The notes beneath the pieces are model-generated. The model searched no databases, had not been told where the DNA came from, and saw only the letters and a program-made list of their open reading frames with translations. From Squalus acanthias (lineage: Eukaryota), in the NCBI GenBank assembly GCA_030390025.1, contig CM059432.1:84508001-84572000 (forward strand): a stretch of DNA of 64,000 nucleotides. The letters run 5' to 3'. Position numbers and translations under genes: made by a program. Within the stretch, counting starts at the first letter, position 1. Each line of letters opens with the position of its first letter. This document shows, piece after piece, positions 48,811 through 61,375 of the stretch.

Positions 48811-49289
48811 CATTGGCTGCACACACCAGCAGAGGCCCAATATCGCGGATGGCTAAAGCTTCTTAAAGGCAACCTGCACCTCTTAAAGGGGAGGTGCATT
48901 GTGGCTGCAAGAAGTGGTGGCAGTCCTTTGTGAACTGAACCTGTGCTGTGATATGTTGAGGAATGGCTGAACATGCGAGAGAGCATGTACCAAGGTTTTC
49001 TGACAATGCACTGGAGGTCTTGATGCAAGATGTGAAGAGAAGTAGAGACATCCTGTATCCATAGGAGGGCAGGAGGCCCTCCAGACACATGCTCAGGAGG
49101 CAGTAGGAAGAAGTAGTGGTGAAGGTCAATACCAGGAGTGTTGCTCCAAGAACATGGATGCAGTGCAGGAAGAAGTTTAATGACCTGACATGAGTTGTCA
49201 AGGTGAGTGAGTTCAATCTTCAAATAGCATATCCCACCAACTGCACCACTCGCCTCATCCAGGAGGAAAAGGAAGAAGACTGCGAAGAT

Positions 49290-51996
49290 ATGTGAAGAGA
49301 AAAAGATTGGTGAAGTCAAGCATAGGTCCCTTACAGTCAGAATCAGGGGAATTTATAATGGGGAACAAAGAAATGGCAGACCAATTAAATACATACTTTG
49401 GTTCTGTCTTCACAAAGGAGGACACAAATAACCTCCCAGAGATGTCAGGGAACATAGGGGGAAAAATTCAGTTGGTTGCGCCTCCCATTAGCGCCTTAAG
49501 AGGGCGCTAATGGGGCGCAAAGCAGCTAGCGCCCGGGCGCAGCGATGTTTGTGCCGCTCACGAACTTAACTAGACATTTTGTGGCGGCGCTAAACTTTAT
49601 CGCCGCGATCTCCTGCGCCGGCAGATCATGACGTCACTCGAGTGCGCAACGCCCCGGTATCGCCCCGGAGCGGATATTGAGTGGCGCCCCCTGCCTTACC
49701 ACCTGACGCTAGCAACGACAGGTTGAGGGGAGCGTTCTGCAGTCATGAAGGGAAAGGGGGAGTGCTTTTTAAAGGTGACCGCTTCCTGCCTTTTATTGTT
49801 GGTGCCATTTTTGAACTACGCATTCTGAGAGAGAGAGGGAGAGACTTCTGGAGAGATTCAACGTTGTGTGAAGGAGTTTTGGGTACTGAGCAGCACTTTG
49901 CAGGTTCAGTTTGATTTGCCATTCCTTGTATCGATTTAGCAGAGACTGTGGGGGCTGCACTCTGAGCTCTTGGCCTGGTACTCACCATTGTTCTTTCCAG
50001 CACATTTGATGTGCAGGTCTCTCCAGGCCGAGATTCAAGGCTGCAATGAGCAGGATGTGGATGGAAAGCAAGATTAACCATCCCCTTTAAGAACTGGCCC
50101 GTGCCATTGTGTGTGTGTTCCATTGCTGACTGACATCACATGAACTTCGCCAGCGCTCTGAGGTAGCGCCTCGCTCCTCGGCCTTTGCGCCTTAAGACAG
50201 GTGTGAGGCGCCTGATTTAGCACTCCAATCACCTCCCGGGGCGTTAAAAGTGAAGTTTCCAGTCAGTGACGATAATTAGCGGCAGGCGCTAATTTTTGCG
50301 CCCGGACGATATTTGCGCCCCAAACGGGGCGCGACTGAATTTTTCCCCCATAGGGTCTAATGAGAGGGAAGAACTGAATGAAATCAGTATTTGTAGGGAA
50401 ATGGTGTTAGCGAAATTGACGGGATTGAAGGCCGATAAATCCCCAGGGCCTGATAATCTACATCCTAGGGTACTTAAGGAAGTGGCCCTAGAAATAGTAG
50501 ATGCATTGCTGGTCATCTTCCAAAATTCTATAGACTCTGGAACAGTTCCCATGGATTGGAAGGTAGCTTATGTAACCCCACTATTTAAAAAAGGTGGTAG
50601 AGAGAAAGCCTGACATCGGTAGTGGGGAAAATGCTAGAGTCCATTATAAAAGATGTAATAGCAGAGCACTTGGAAAACAGTGACCGGATCGGACAAAGTC
50701 AACATGGATTTACAAAAGGTAAATCGTGCTTGACTAATCTGCTGGAATTTTTTGAGGATGTAACTGGTAAAATAGATAAGGGAGAACCAGTGGATGTGGT
50801 GTATTTGGACTTTCAGAAGGCTTTTGATAAGGTCCCGCATAAGAGATTAGCATGCAAAGTTAAAGCACATGGGATTGGGGGTAAGGTACTGACTTGGATA
50901 GAGAACTGGTTGGCAGACAGGAAGCAAAGAGTTGGAATAAACGGGTCTTTTTCCGAGTGGCAGGCAGTGACTAGTGGGGTACCGCAGGGATCGGTGCTAG
51001 GACCCCAGTTATTCACAATATATATTAATGATCTAGACGAGGGAACTAGATGTAATATCTCAAAGTTTGCAGACGACACAAAGCTGGGTGGGCGTTTGTG
51101 TTGTGAGGAGGATGCAGAGAAACTCCAGTATGATTTGGACAGGTTGGGTGATTGGGCAGATGCATGGCAGATGCAGTATAATGTGGATAAATGCGAGGTT
51201 ATCCACTTTGGTGGCAAAAACAGGAAGGCAGATTATTATCTGAACGGCAATAGATTGGGAAAAGGGGAAGTGCAATGAAACCTGGAAGTCCTTGTGCACC
51301 AGTCATTGAAGGTAAGCATGCAGGTGCAGCAGGCGGTTAAGAAGGCAAATGGTATGTTGGCCTTCATAGCGAGAGGATTCGAGTACAGGAGCAAGGATGT
51401 CTTGCTGCAGTTGTACAGGGCCTTGGTGAGACCACACCTTGAGTATTGTGTGCAGTTTTGGTCACCTTATCTGAGGAAGGATGTTCTTGCCATGGAGGGA
51501 GTGCAGCGAAGATTCACCAGACTGATACCTGGAATGGCAGGAATGATGTATGAAGAGAGATTGGGACGATTGGGCTTGTATTCACTAGAGTTTAGAAGAA
51601 TGAGAGGGGATCTCATTGAAACTTATAAAATTCTAACAGGACTAGACAGACTAGCTGCAGGAAGGATGTTCCCGATGGCGGGGGAGTCCAGAACCAGGGG
51701 TCACAGTCTAAGGATAAGGGGTAAGCCATTTAGGACTGAGATGAGGAGGAATTTCTTCACCCAGAGAGTGGTGAACCTGTGGAATTCTCTACCACAGAAG
51801 GCAGTTGAGGCCAATTCATTAAATATATTCAAGAAGGAGTTAGATATATTTCTTAAGGCTGAAGGGATCAAGGGATATGGGGAGAAAGCGGGGACAGGGT
51901 ACTGAATTTGGATGATCAGCCATGATCTCATTGAATGGCGGAGCAGGCTCGAGGGGCTGAATGGCCTGCTCCTGCTCCTATCTTCTATGTTTCTAT
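49290..51996 (+). mobile_element. Young CR1 (RT), interrupted by MITE D
   Basis: Very similar to 39061-40729, with KFADDTKL and an aagat TSD (49285-49289 and 51997-52001). Confidence 0.93.
49457..50349 (-). mobile_element. Harbinger-type MITE family D, copy 2
   Basis: TIR gggggaaaaattcag with ATA TSD. It is the reverse complement of copy 1. Confidence 0.9.
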
Positions 51997-53573
51997 AAGA
52001 TGAAGAGACACTGTCATTCAATCTTACACTCACAGCCATCAGCTCAGAGACTGACACAGCACGTATTTTAGAGGCTCGGATAGAGGAGGGAGCTGCACGT
52101 GGTTAAACACTGGGCACAAGACAACAGAAGCCAGGGTGGGGGGAAGGGATTGTGCAGGTGCCAGCTTGCCGGAGGGTGAGGTCACACACTAGTTCTCCTG
52201 CAGAGGACTCAGATGAGAACTTCACTGGGCCAAGCTACAGAAGAAGGCTGATGGGTGTCGACCCCCAAATGCTTGGTGCACTGAAAACCCTGCCGGAAAG
52301 CCTGCACACAATGTCAAGGAGCATGGAGGGAGTCCAGCACCAACTTGGCAGAGGCCTTTGCACAGAGTTTGGAGCCCATTCTTTCCAACATGGAACGGGT
52401 GGTCACCTCTATCAGCACACCTGTGGAACCCAGCATGATGCAGCGTCTGATGACCAATATCACAGCTTCATTGCAGCACAAGCAGCTTCCAATCAAAGGT
52501 CTTAGTGCTGCAGTGGAAGCTCAGCCTGCTGCCATCATGGCTCTGGATACCACTGTTCAAACAGGCTTCCAGGGCATCAGAGTAGTCCATCAATCTGTTC
52601 TCCAACAGATCAGTAGGATTGCTGAGGCACCACACCGGGAGAGTGGCAGTGCTTCCTCTCTCAGGATGACAACATTCCTGCTCCCAGCCCTGCCACTCCG
52701 CCAGTGCCCATGCTGTTGCCTGTCAGCCAGCCGGTCAAGACTGCTGCAGCCCAGGCCAAGATGGTGCAGTTTGAAGCCGGGCCCTCTAGGCTGAGAGCTG
52801 CTCGAGGTTGTCCTCCAAGGTCATCTGCAGTCTCCTCAATTGAAGATCAGTAGCCTTCCACCATCCATGCTGCAGCCACTGGGAAAGCACCTCATAAGAG
52901 CACTAGGACAGGCAAAACCACACGGAAGACAGGCACTAAGAGAATGCACAAGGGTGATTAGTTTAATTTTGTATGCGTTATGTAATGAGTGAATTTATAA
53001 AATTGGATTGGAAAGCACATTTTCTGGTGGGTTTTATTTTTGTGCTGTCAGAAAAAGGACGACATGATGGTCAATGGTAGAGGAAAGGTAAGGAGTGTGG
53101 GACTGTTGCTGAATGGGGAGGTGTAGTTGAGGTTATTGGTATTGTTCATGACTAATCTGATCACGTGGAGCCCAGGCAGAAAGGGCCTGCCTACGTTGTA
53201 GCCTCGCTTACTCTTCCTGTTCCTTCACTTCCTGTTGCATTTCCTCCTCTTCCTCCACCTCCTCCTTCTTCTCCTGCTCTTCCTTGTGCTCCTGCTCCTC
53301 AGCTTTTCAGCTAACAGGTGGTGGCAGGAGCTGCTCCCTCATAATGGTGAGGTTGTGCAGCATGCAGCACACTACCACAAATCTTGAGACCCGCTCAGCT
53401 GAGTACTGCAGGGCTCCTCCAGAGTGGTCCAGACAGCAGAAGCGATGCTTGAGGACATCGATGGTGTGCTCTATAATGTTCCTTGTTGCAGCATGGCTCT
53501 CATTGCCTGCTGAGGAGGTCGTTAACTCTGAGGGTGCACCGTCACAGGGCACAGGACACAGGACACAGGACAC

Positions 53574-54127
53574 GCCTTTCCACCATCTACAAGGCACAAG
53601 TAAGGAGTGTGATGGAATACTCTCCACATGCCTGGATGAGTGCAGCTGCAACAACACTCAAGAAGCTCGACACCATCCAGGACAAAGCAGCCCGTTTGAT
53701 TGGCACCCCCTCCACCACCTTAAACATTCACTCCCTCCACCACCGGCGTACCGTGGCTGCAGTGTGTACCATCTACAAGATGCACTGCAGCAACTCGCCA
53801 AGGCTTCTTCGGCAGCACCTCCCAAACCCGCGACCTCTTCCATCTAGAAGGACAAGGGCAGCAGGCGATTGGGAACACCAACACATGCAAGTTTCCGTCC
53901 AAGTTACACACCATCCTGACTTGGAAGCATATCGCCGTTCCTTCTTCGTGCCTTGGTCATAATCGTGGAACTCCCTCCCTAACAGCACTGTGGGAGTACC
54001 TTCACCACACGGACTGCAGTGGTTCAAGAAGGCGGCTCACCACCACCTTCTCAAGGGCAATTAGGAATGGGCAATAAATGCTGGCCTTGCCAGTGACGCC
54101 CACATCCCATAAACAAATAAAAAAAAA
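53574..54127 (+). mobile_element. 3' fragment of the second LINE family
   Basis: STIYKAQVRSVMEYSP..HSLHHRRTVAA, homologous to 21405-24100, ending in poly-A. Confidence 0.9.
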
Positions 54128-54810
54128 CTAACTTGAGAGTGGTTACTGCTCCCTTTAAATATCAATGGTGGGGTGTCCTTGCTGCTGCTGAACGCATGTT
54201 CAGCTGTGCGAGGTTAAGACAGGCCGTTAACTCCAGCGTTGATGACCAAAATGGCAGCGCTGGCGTCAAATCAACATTGCACGCTGATTGACGTCATGAT
54301 CTACTCACTTTACAAATTTCCGGTGCACGCTCCTAACGCCTGCCCGACTGCCCTCACCAAAATGGCATCCAGCGCGGCCTGCAGCAGATGAATGCGTACG
54401 CGCGTGGACGTCATTTTCAAAATGGCACCCACAGCTCCGAAAAATCAGGCGCTACAGATCAGAATTTCTTGCCCATAATTTCTTGTCACTGGCTCTCTAA
54501 TCAGAGGAATTTGGCCTAGAAATTGGATAAGGCCTGGAAATGAGAGGGCGAAGCGTTATGTGCCCACGCCTGTTCAAAGTGGTGCAGGGAGCATGCAAAA
54601 TTCTTGCTGCCTGCTCATTATAATGATTGCAGTGCTGATCTCCACACTAAATGCGCTGCTGATTGGCTTAACGCTGAATGGGGTGGGGGGGGGGGTGTCC
54701 ATTATCGGGTGTAGTCTACTGGCCAATAAAGTTTGGCCTGGGCTCTCTGCACTACTTAAAGGGGAGGTGCTTTGTTGCAGAAGCTCCTCATTGTCATTGT
54801 GGAGAAAGCC

Positions 54811-57350
54811 ATGGCCCAACAGCCGAGAGAGGGTGATGAGATTTTCAGATGCAGCACTGGAGGCCTTGGGCCTGGGGGTTTTAAGATCCCCTCAGGTCCT
54901 CTGCCCGCAGAGGGGCAGGAGGCCTTCTAGGCAGAGCAGCAGAAGAATGTGGGAGGAGATCGCTGAAGCCATCAGTGCGACGAGTGTTGTCCCCAGGACC
55001 TGGATCCAGTGTTACAAGAAGCTTAATGACCTCACACGAGTGGGCAAAGTGAGTGAATGCATCATCAAATGCCATATCCCACCATCTGCACCACAAGCCT
55101 CACACACTGCTCAATGGAGATTTTTGAGGATGTAACTGGTAGAATAGATAAGGGAGAACCAGTGGATGTGGTGTATTTGGATTTTCAGAAGGCCTTTGAT
55201 AAAGTCCCACATAAGAGTTTAGTGTGCAAATTTAAAGCACGTGGGATTGGGGGTAATATACTGGCATGGATTGAAAATTGGTTAACAGACAGGAAACAGA
55301 GAGTAGGAATAAATGGGTCTTTTTCGGGGTGGCAGGCGGTGACTAGTGGGGTACCGCAGCTATCAGTGCTTGGGCCCCAGCTATTCACAATATATATCAA
55401 TGATTTGGATGAGGGAACCAAATGTAATATTTCCAAGTTTGCTGACGACACGAAACTAGGTGGGATTGTGAGTTGTGAGGAGGATGCAAAGAGGCTTCAA
55501 GATGATTTAGACAAGTTTGAGTGAGTGGGCAAATACATGGCAGATTAAGTATAACATGGATAAATGTGAAATTATCCACTTTGGTAGGAAAAACAGAAAG
55601 GCAGAGTATTATTTAAATGGTGATAGATTGGGAAATGTTGATGTACAAAGGGACCTGGGTGTCCTTGTACACCAGTCACTGAAAGCAAACATGCAGGTGC
55701 AGCAAGCAGTTGGAAGGCAAATGGTATGTTGGCCTTCATTGCAAGAGGATTTGAGTACAGGAGCAAGGATGTCTTACTACAGTTATACAGGGCTTTTGTG
55801 AGACCACACCTGGAGTAGTGTGTGCAGTTTTGGTCTCCTTACCTAAGAAAGGATATACTTGCCATAGAGGGAGTGCAGCGAAGGTTCACCAGACTGATTC
55901 CTGGGATGGCAGGACTGTCGTATGAGGAGAGATTGGGTCGACTAGGCCTGTATTCACTGGAGTTTAGAAGAATGAGAGGGGATCTCATTGAAACGTATAA
56001 AATTCTGACAGGGCTAGACAGACTGGATGCAGGGAGGATGTTTCCCCTGGCTGGGGGGTCTAGAACAAGGGGTCACAGCCTCAGGATATGGGGTAGGACA
56101 TTTAGGACTGAGACGAGGAGAAATTTCTTCACTGAGAGGGTGGTGAACCTGTGGCATTCTCTACCACAGAAGGCTGTGGAGGCCAAGTCACTGAATATAT
56201 TTAAGAAGGAGTTAGATAGATTTCTGGACACAAAAGGCATCAAGGGGTATGGGGAGAGAGCGGGAATATGGTATTGAGATAGAGGATCAGCCATGATCAT
56301 ATTGAATGGCAGAGCAAGCTCAAAGGGCCGAATGGCCTACTCCTGCTCCTATTTTTCTATGTTTCTAATGCACCACACCCCCATCATTCACCGACCAACA
56401 ATCTCTAGCAATCACCACTCATACCTCACAATTATAGCTTCACTTCATCCTCACACACTTACCACTGCTGCAAGACTCACACCCACATCTCACACCTTGC
56501 ACACACTGTCAGTTATTCAACCATGGCAGGCACATCTTCCAAACACATTGCACCACACTCACTGACGCACTTCCCTTTCTCTTGCAGGCCAAGGTGGCTC
56601 ACAACCATTGGGAGCAGCAGCAGACAGGTGGAGGGGAAGCTCGTCTGCAGACCGACAGAGCTGGAGGAAGCAGCGCTGGAGATCATTGGAAGGGCCATCA
56701 CAGAGTCCATGGCGAGCGGGGAAGTTGAAAGGATTGCTGATGATGACGGTATGCTCACACCTAATCCTTCTTCTCACATCCCACTTCCCCCTCATCCCAC
56801 AATCTCTTCTCACTTACAAGCTGCTGATGGTGTATGCATGGATATTCTGTTTCCCCCCACCCACCTCACCATTGTGCCTTTCTCCTTTCAGATACCCAAG
56901 AAGTCCCACCAGCACAGCCAATCCCTGAAGTGATGGAGGAGAGTGAAGGAGAAGAAAAGGCGCCCTCACTGCATCTGACACTCGCAGGCACCAGCTCAGA
57001 AAATGGCACTGCGTGGACTTTAAAGGGTTGTTTAGAGGTGGGATCTGCACATGGTGAGTCACCAGACATGAGTGGGCTGCAGCCAGGCCAAGGGGAAAGG
57101 GTAGCTCGGGTGCCGACTCCCTGAAGGGCGAGTTCGTGCGTGAGTTCTGCTGCACAGGACTCAGATGATGACCTCGATGGGGCAGCCTTCAGAAGAAGGG
57201 TGATGGGCAGGCACACAGAAAAGCTTGGTGCAATGGCAAACCTGCCAGAGAGCCTCTCGTCAGTGTCAAGGAGCATGGAGGAGTCTGGCTCCAACATTGC
57301 ATGGGGCTTTGAGCGGAGCTTGGAGCCCGTGATTTCCAGGATAGAAATGG
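54811..57350 (+). pseudogene. Harbinger Myb/SANT-like DNA-binding gene, three exons
   Basis: Exon 1 ends at 55049 (RFSDAALE..MWEEIAE..RTWIQCYKKLNDL|gtgagt). Exon 2 is 56588-56748 (cttgcag|..|gtatgc). Exon 3 starts at about 56891 (ctttcag|). Confidence 0.75.
55116..56366 (+). mobile_element. CR1 (RT 3' half) in Myb intron 1
   Basis: YLDFQKAFDKVPH and KFADDTKL, with aatg duplicated at the flanks. Confidence 0.92.
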
Positions 57351-57361
57351 CAAGGGCTACG

Positions 57362-58337
57362 CCCCCATGATGGCCAAGTTGTGGAGGATGCCGCAGACCA
57401 CCATGAAATGGGACACCCACTCCGGCGTGTACTGGAGGGTTCCTCCCGAGCGGTCAAGGTAGTGGAACCGTTGCTTTAGCACCCCGATAGTCTGCTCGAT
57501 GAGTTTCCTCGTGGCAGCATGGCTCTCATATTATTGCTGGCCACAAGTGGTGGGGTTGCAGAGTGGTGTCATCGGCCAGATGTAGAGCGGATAGCATTTG
57601 TCTCCGGGCAGCCACCCTCGGGTTTGACGTGGTGGCTGGAAGATTGCTGGCACACCGGACTGGCACAGGTTGAAGGCATCATGACTGCTACCAAGATAGC
57701 GGGCATTCACCAACATGGTGGGCGTGGTCGCACAACAACTGCACATTAAGTGAGTGGTAGCCTTTGCTGTTAGGAATCTCAGGATTGGTATGCAGCACCC
57801 GCAAAGCCACGTGTTTGCAGTCAAATTCGCCCTGCACCACGGGGAAGCCTGATAGCCTGGCAAAGCCACATGCGCGCTCCTCCTGCTTCTCTCTGTTCAG
57901 ACAGAAGACAATGAAGTCCCTTCTCCTGGAGTAGAGTCTCAGTGAACTCCCAGATGCAGCGATGGATGGCGAACTGGGAGATGTTAGCTATGGCTCCTGC
58001 TCCAGGCTGGAAGGATCCGGTGGCGAAAAGATTGAGGACAACAGTGACCTTGAGGGTTACTGGGAGAGCCATGGTCGCCCTGCTCTGAGGCTGCAAGTCT
58101 GATTGCAGGAGGTAGCAGAGTTCTGTGACCACCTCCTTGGTGAAGCGAACCTCCTTATACACTGCTCCTGCAGGTAGGAGAAGTGCTCTCAGAAGACCAG
58201 AGGTGGGTAAGGCCTCCTGCTGAGAGCCCTCCTGCCCCTCCTCCTCCTCCCTATGCGAGCAGCTTCTCTTCTTCACTGCCTCCGTTCCATCTCCCTGTCA
58301 TACTCGAGCTCGAGGGGGACTGCAAGTATAGCCCCAT
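57362..58337 (-). pseudogene. HARBI1-like DDE transposase, frameshifted
   Basis: RFTKEVVTELCYLL, LNLFATGSFQ, NARYLGSSHDAF, GWLPGDKCYPL, IEQTIGVLKQRF, ILHNLA. Confidence 0.88.
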
Positions 58338-59108
58338 GACTGGGAGCAAGTGGTGTGAGCAGAACCCTTTAAATGAGAAGCAACACTCCCTGTCACCTCA
58401 GCACCTTTAAACAACTCTAGAAAGCTCCAAACATTTGCACAAGCTTACACAGAGGCAATAGAAATGAAAAAGCAAGTCAGCTGCAAGTTGTTGATGATCC
58501 CTTTAGTAGCACTGCTGGGGGGGTCCTTCCTGCTGCTAGACACCTGGTCAGCTGGTCGTGATTAGGAGAGGGCGTTAAATGGAGCAGTGATGCCAAAAAT
58601 GGCAGATTGTGTGTCAAATCAGCATTGCACACTCATTGACATCACAATCTGCCATATTTCCATTTCTGCAGCAAGCGCAGGCAATGGTAGCGCTGCCGAC
58701 TTGCCCAAAATGGTGGCCGCCACGGAACCCACCGGAAGCAAGCGGAAGTGAGGCAGCTGCCATTTTTTCTTCCAAACTGGCCTTAACGGCAGACACAAAC
58801 AGTTCCAATTTCCCGACCATAGTGTTTTCCTCCCTATTCACTCTATCAAAACCCATCATAATAAAAAAAAACTATATTAAATCTCTTCTTAGCCTTCTCT
58901 GCTACAGTGGAAATTGTCCCAAAATCTCAAGTCTCTCCTCATAACTATAGTTACCCATCCCACGCTCACAATGGCTTTAATGTCCTTTTTATACAGGGAT
59001 GCTCAAAACTGCACACAGTACCTTAACTGTGGCATAACCATTGCCTTGTACAAATTTATCATTACTTCTTTACTCTTGTATGCCATGGTGCTATTAATAA
59101 AACCCAAG

Positions 59109-60001
59109 GGGGTAGAAATTAGGTCGCGCCCCATTTGGGGCGCAAATATCGTCCGGACGCAAATATTAGCACCTGGCGCTAATTATCGGCACTGACGGGA
59201 AACTTCACTTTTACCGCCCCGGGAGGTGAGTGGAGCGCTAAAGCAGGCGCTGCACACCTCTCTTAAGGCGCAAAGGCCGAGCAGTGAGGCGCTAACTCGG
59301 AGCGCTGGCGAAGCTCATGTAATGTCAGTCAGCATTGGAACACACACACAATGGCACGGGCCAGTTCTTAAAGGGGATGGTTAATCTTGCTTTCCATCCA
59401 CATCCTGTTCATTGCTGCCTTGAATCTCGGCCTGGAGAGACTTGCACATCAAATGTGCTGGAAAGAACAATGGAGAGCACCAGGCAAAGAGCTCAGAGTG
59501 CAGCTCCCACGGTCTCTGCTAAATCGATACAAGGAATGGCAAATCAAAATGAACCTGCAAAGTGCTGCTCGGTACCCAAAACTCCTTCACACAATGTTGA
59601 ATCTCTCCAGAAGTCTCTCCCTCTCTCTCTCAGAATGCGTAGTTCAAAAATGCCACCAACAATAAAAGACAGGAAGAGGCCCCCTTTAAATAGCGCCCCC
59701 CCCAGCCCCACAGCGATTGATAGCGTTCCAGTCTTCTGGTCGTTGGAAGCGCCAGGCGGTAAGGCAGGGGGCGCCACTCAATTTCCGCTACGGGGCGCCC
59801 CAAGGGCGTTGCACCATGGAATGACGTCACAATCTGCGCGCGCAGGTGGTCGCAGCGGTAAGTTTTAGCGCCGCCGCACAATCTCAAGTTAAGTTCTCGA
59901 GCAGCGCAAACATCGCTGCGCCCGGGCGTTAGCGGCTTTGCGCCCCATTAGCGCCCTCTTAAGGCGCTAACGGGTGGCGCAACCAAGTGAATTTTTACCC
60001 C
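59109..60001 (+). mobile_element. Harbinger-type MITE family D, copy 3
   Basis: TIR ggggtagaaatt / aatttttacccc with AAG TSD, 893 bp. Confidence 0.9.
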
Positions 60002-60166
60002 AAGATGTTTTTATGGCTTTTTCTACCTGTACGTTCCCTTTCAGGGAATTATGTATTTGAACCCCTCGACCCCTCAATCTCTGTTTATCCATACCCTTCA
60101 GTGTTGTTCCATTGTGTGTATACTCCCATTCCTTGTTGTTTCTCCCAAAATGTATTACCTCACACT

Positions 60167-60319
60167 CAATGTTCCCTCTAAAAAAAATTTTGTGTGCAGT
60201 CCCTTTAAATATGCTGCGCAGCCGCTGCACGTGCGAGATATCTCTTCCAGTGACAGGAGCTGATGAGTGGCTTGTGTGGGACCTCGCGATTGCGGCCGCG
60301 CACCTTAGGGGGAACATTG
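60167..60319. mobile_element. hAT MITE, 153 bp
   Basis: 15-bp TIR caatgttccctctaa / ttagggggaacattg with a perfect 8-bp TSD ctcacact. Confidence 0.92.
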
Positions 60320-60382
60320 CTCACACTCATCCACATTAAATTGCATCGACTACCAATCTGCGCATTCCCCTAACCTGTCTAT

Positions 60383-61375
60383 GGCCCCGACAATAATTAC
60401 AAAGTGGGAAGGAAGTGAGGAGTATGATTTGCAGCTGGGAAAACCGGGAATTTAATGGCAGGACCTGTTTAAAATTTTTCCGAAAGATTTCCTAGCCGCA
60501 GCCAGCCAGATTGACAATCTAGTTTGCTGTCGGGTAGGAGGGCAGCTGAAGAGTGGAGCAGAGATAAGTCCGATATGGGGGGTGGGGAGTCGGACACCGT
60601 GGTGGAAGAGGGGTGGAGACAGACATCGCGGGGGAGGTGGGGGGTCAGATATCGCGGGGGGAGTTGGACTTCGCGGGGAGTGGGGAGTCGGACTTTGCGG
60701 GGAGTGGGGGGTCAGACTTCGCGGGGAGTGGGGGGTCGGACTTTGCGGGGAGTGGGGAGTCGGACTTTGCGGGGGATGTGGGACATTGTGGGGGAGTCGG
60801 ACATTATGAGGGGGAGTCGGACATCGCGGGGGATGTGGGACATTGTGGGGGAGAGGTAGATCTCTGCGGGGAATCGGACATTCTGGGGGGGTTGGGACCT
60901 CGCATGGGGGAATTGGAACATCGCGGGGGGAGTCGGACATCGCGGGGGGCAGTCGGACATCGTGGGGGGTGTTGGGGAATTGGACATCGCTTGGGGGGGG
61001 TCAGCCGATTGCATGGAGGTAAGCTTAGTGGGCCGGAGGGAAGCACTCCTGCTCCTCCTGGCCCACAAGCAGTGCTGGAAAGGTACTTACCTGATGGATC
61101 CGGCTCTTCACGCCTCCCTTCGGCTGCCAGATTTCCAGAAGAAAGGGAAACCCAGCCTGCAAGCATTAAAACTAAAATTAGAGGCACGCAGTCTCCTTAA
61201 AGTATTTTAGTGACCAACCTCCTCTTGAGCGCAGGATTGTCACCCGCCTCCGTTAAAATCAGAAGTGGGCAGGTTGGACTTGGGTTGCCCTCTTTTTAAA
61301 TTCTAACTCCCACCACCTCCCCCCATATCTGCCTTGGGCGGGGCGGGGGGGAGGTTGGGGGTTAAAATTACCTCC
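60383..61375 (+). mobile_element. Harbinger-like MITE (family K) with expanded G-rich minisatellite
   Basis: TAT TSD, colinear with 43402-43965. Confidence 0.75.
60575..61005 (+). repeat. G-rich minisatellite (24-bp and roughly 18-21-bp units)
   Basis: About 4.5 copies of ggacttcgcggggagtggggagtc at 60666-60775, then degenerate ggacatcgcgggggg units. Confidence 0.9.

Larger units (their letters stand above)
46802..54474. mobile_element. Decayed two-gene Harbinger transposon L with nested L2, CR1, MITE and LINE
   Basis: Myb exon 48963-49202 (MAEHAREHVPRFSDNALE..RTWMQCRKKFNDL|gtgagt), Myb 3' part at 51997-52960, and a minus-strand HARBI1-like C-terminus at about 53140-53520 (HAATRNIIEHTIDVLKHRF..CCMLHNL). 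The right TIR is cagaatttcttgccc; the left end is approximate. Confidence 0.75.
54513..58818. mobile_element. Near-complete decayed Harbinger transposon M
   Basis: TIR-like ends ggcctagaaattgg / ccaatttcccgacc, with convergent Myb (+) and DDE transposase (-) genes. Confidence 0.85.

Noticed and set aside
49203..55116. Apparent CR1 insertion at the same Myb intron position in elements L and M
   Set aside because: The aagat TSD places the CR1 in L within exon-3-like sequence after an internal deletion, so the two sites differ.
61084..61093. TACTTACCTG resembling the U1 snRNA 5' end
   Set aside because: No downstream U1 sequence follows; it is simply the reverse complement of a splice donor.
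60452..61200. ORFs with repeated DFAGSGES or PTPHSP units
   Set aside because: These are translations of the minisatellite, open on both strands because of low complexity.
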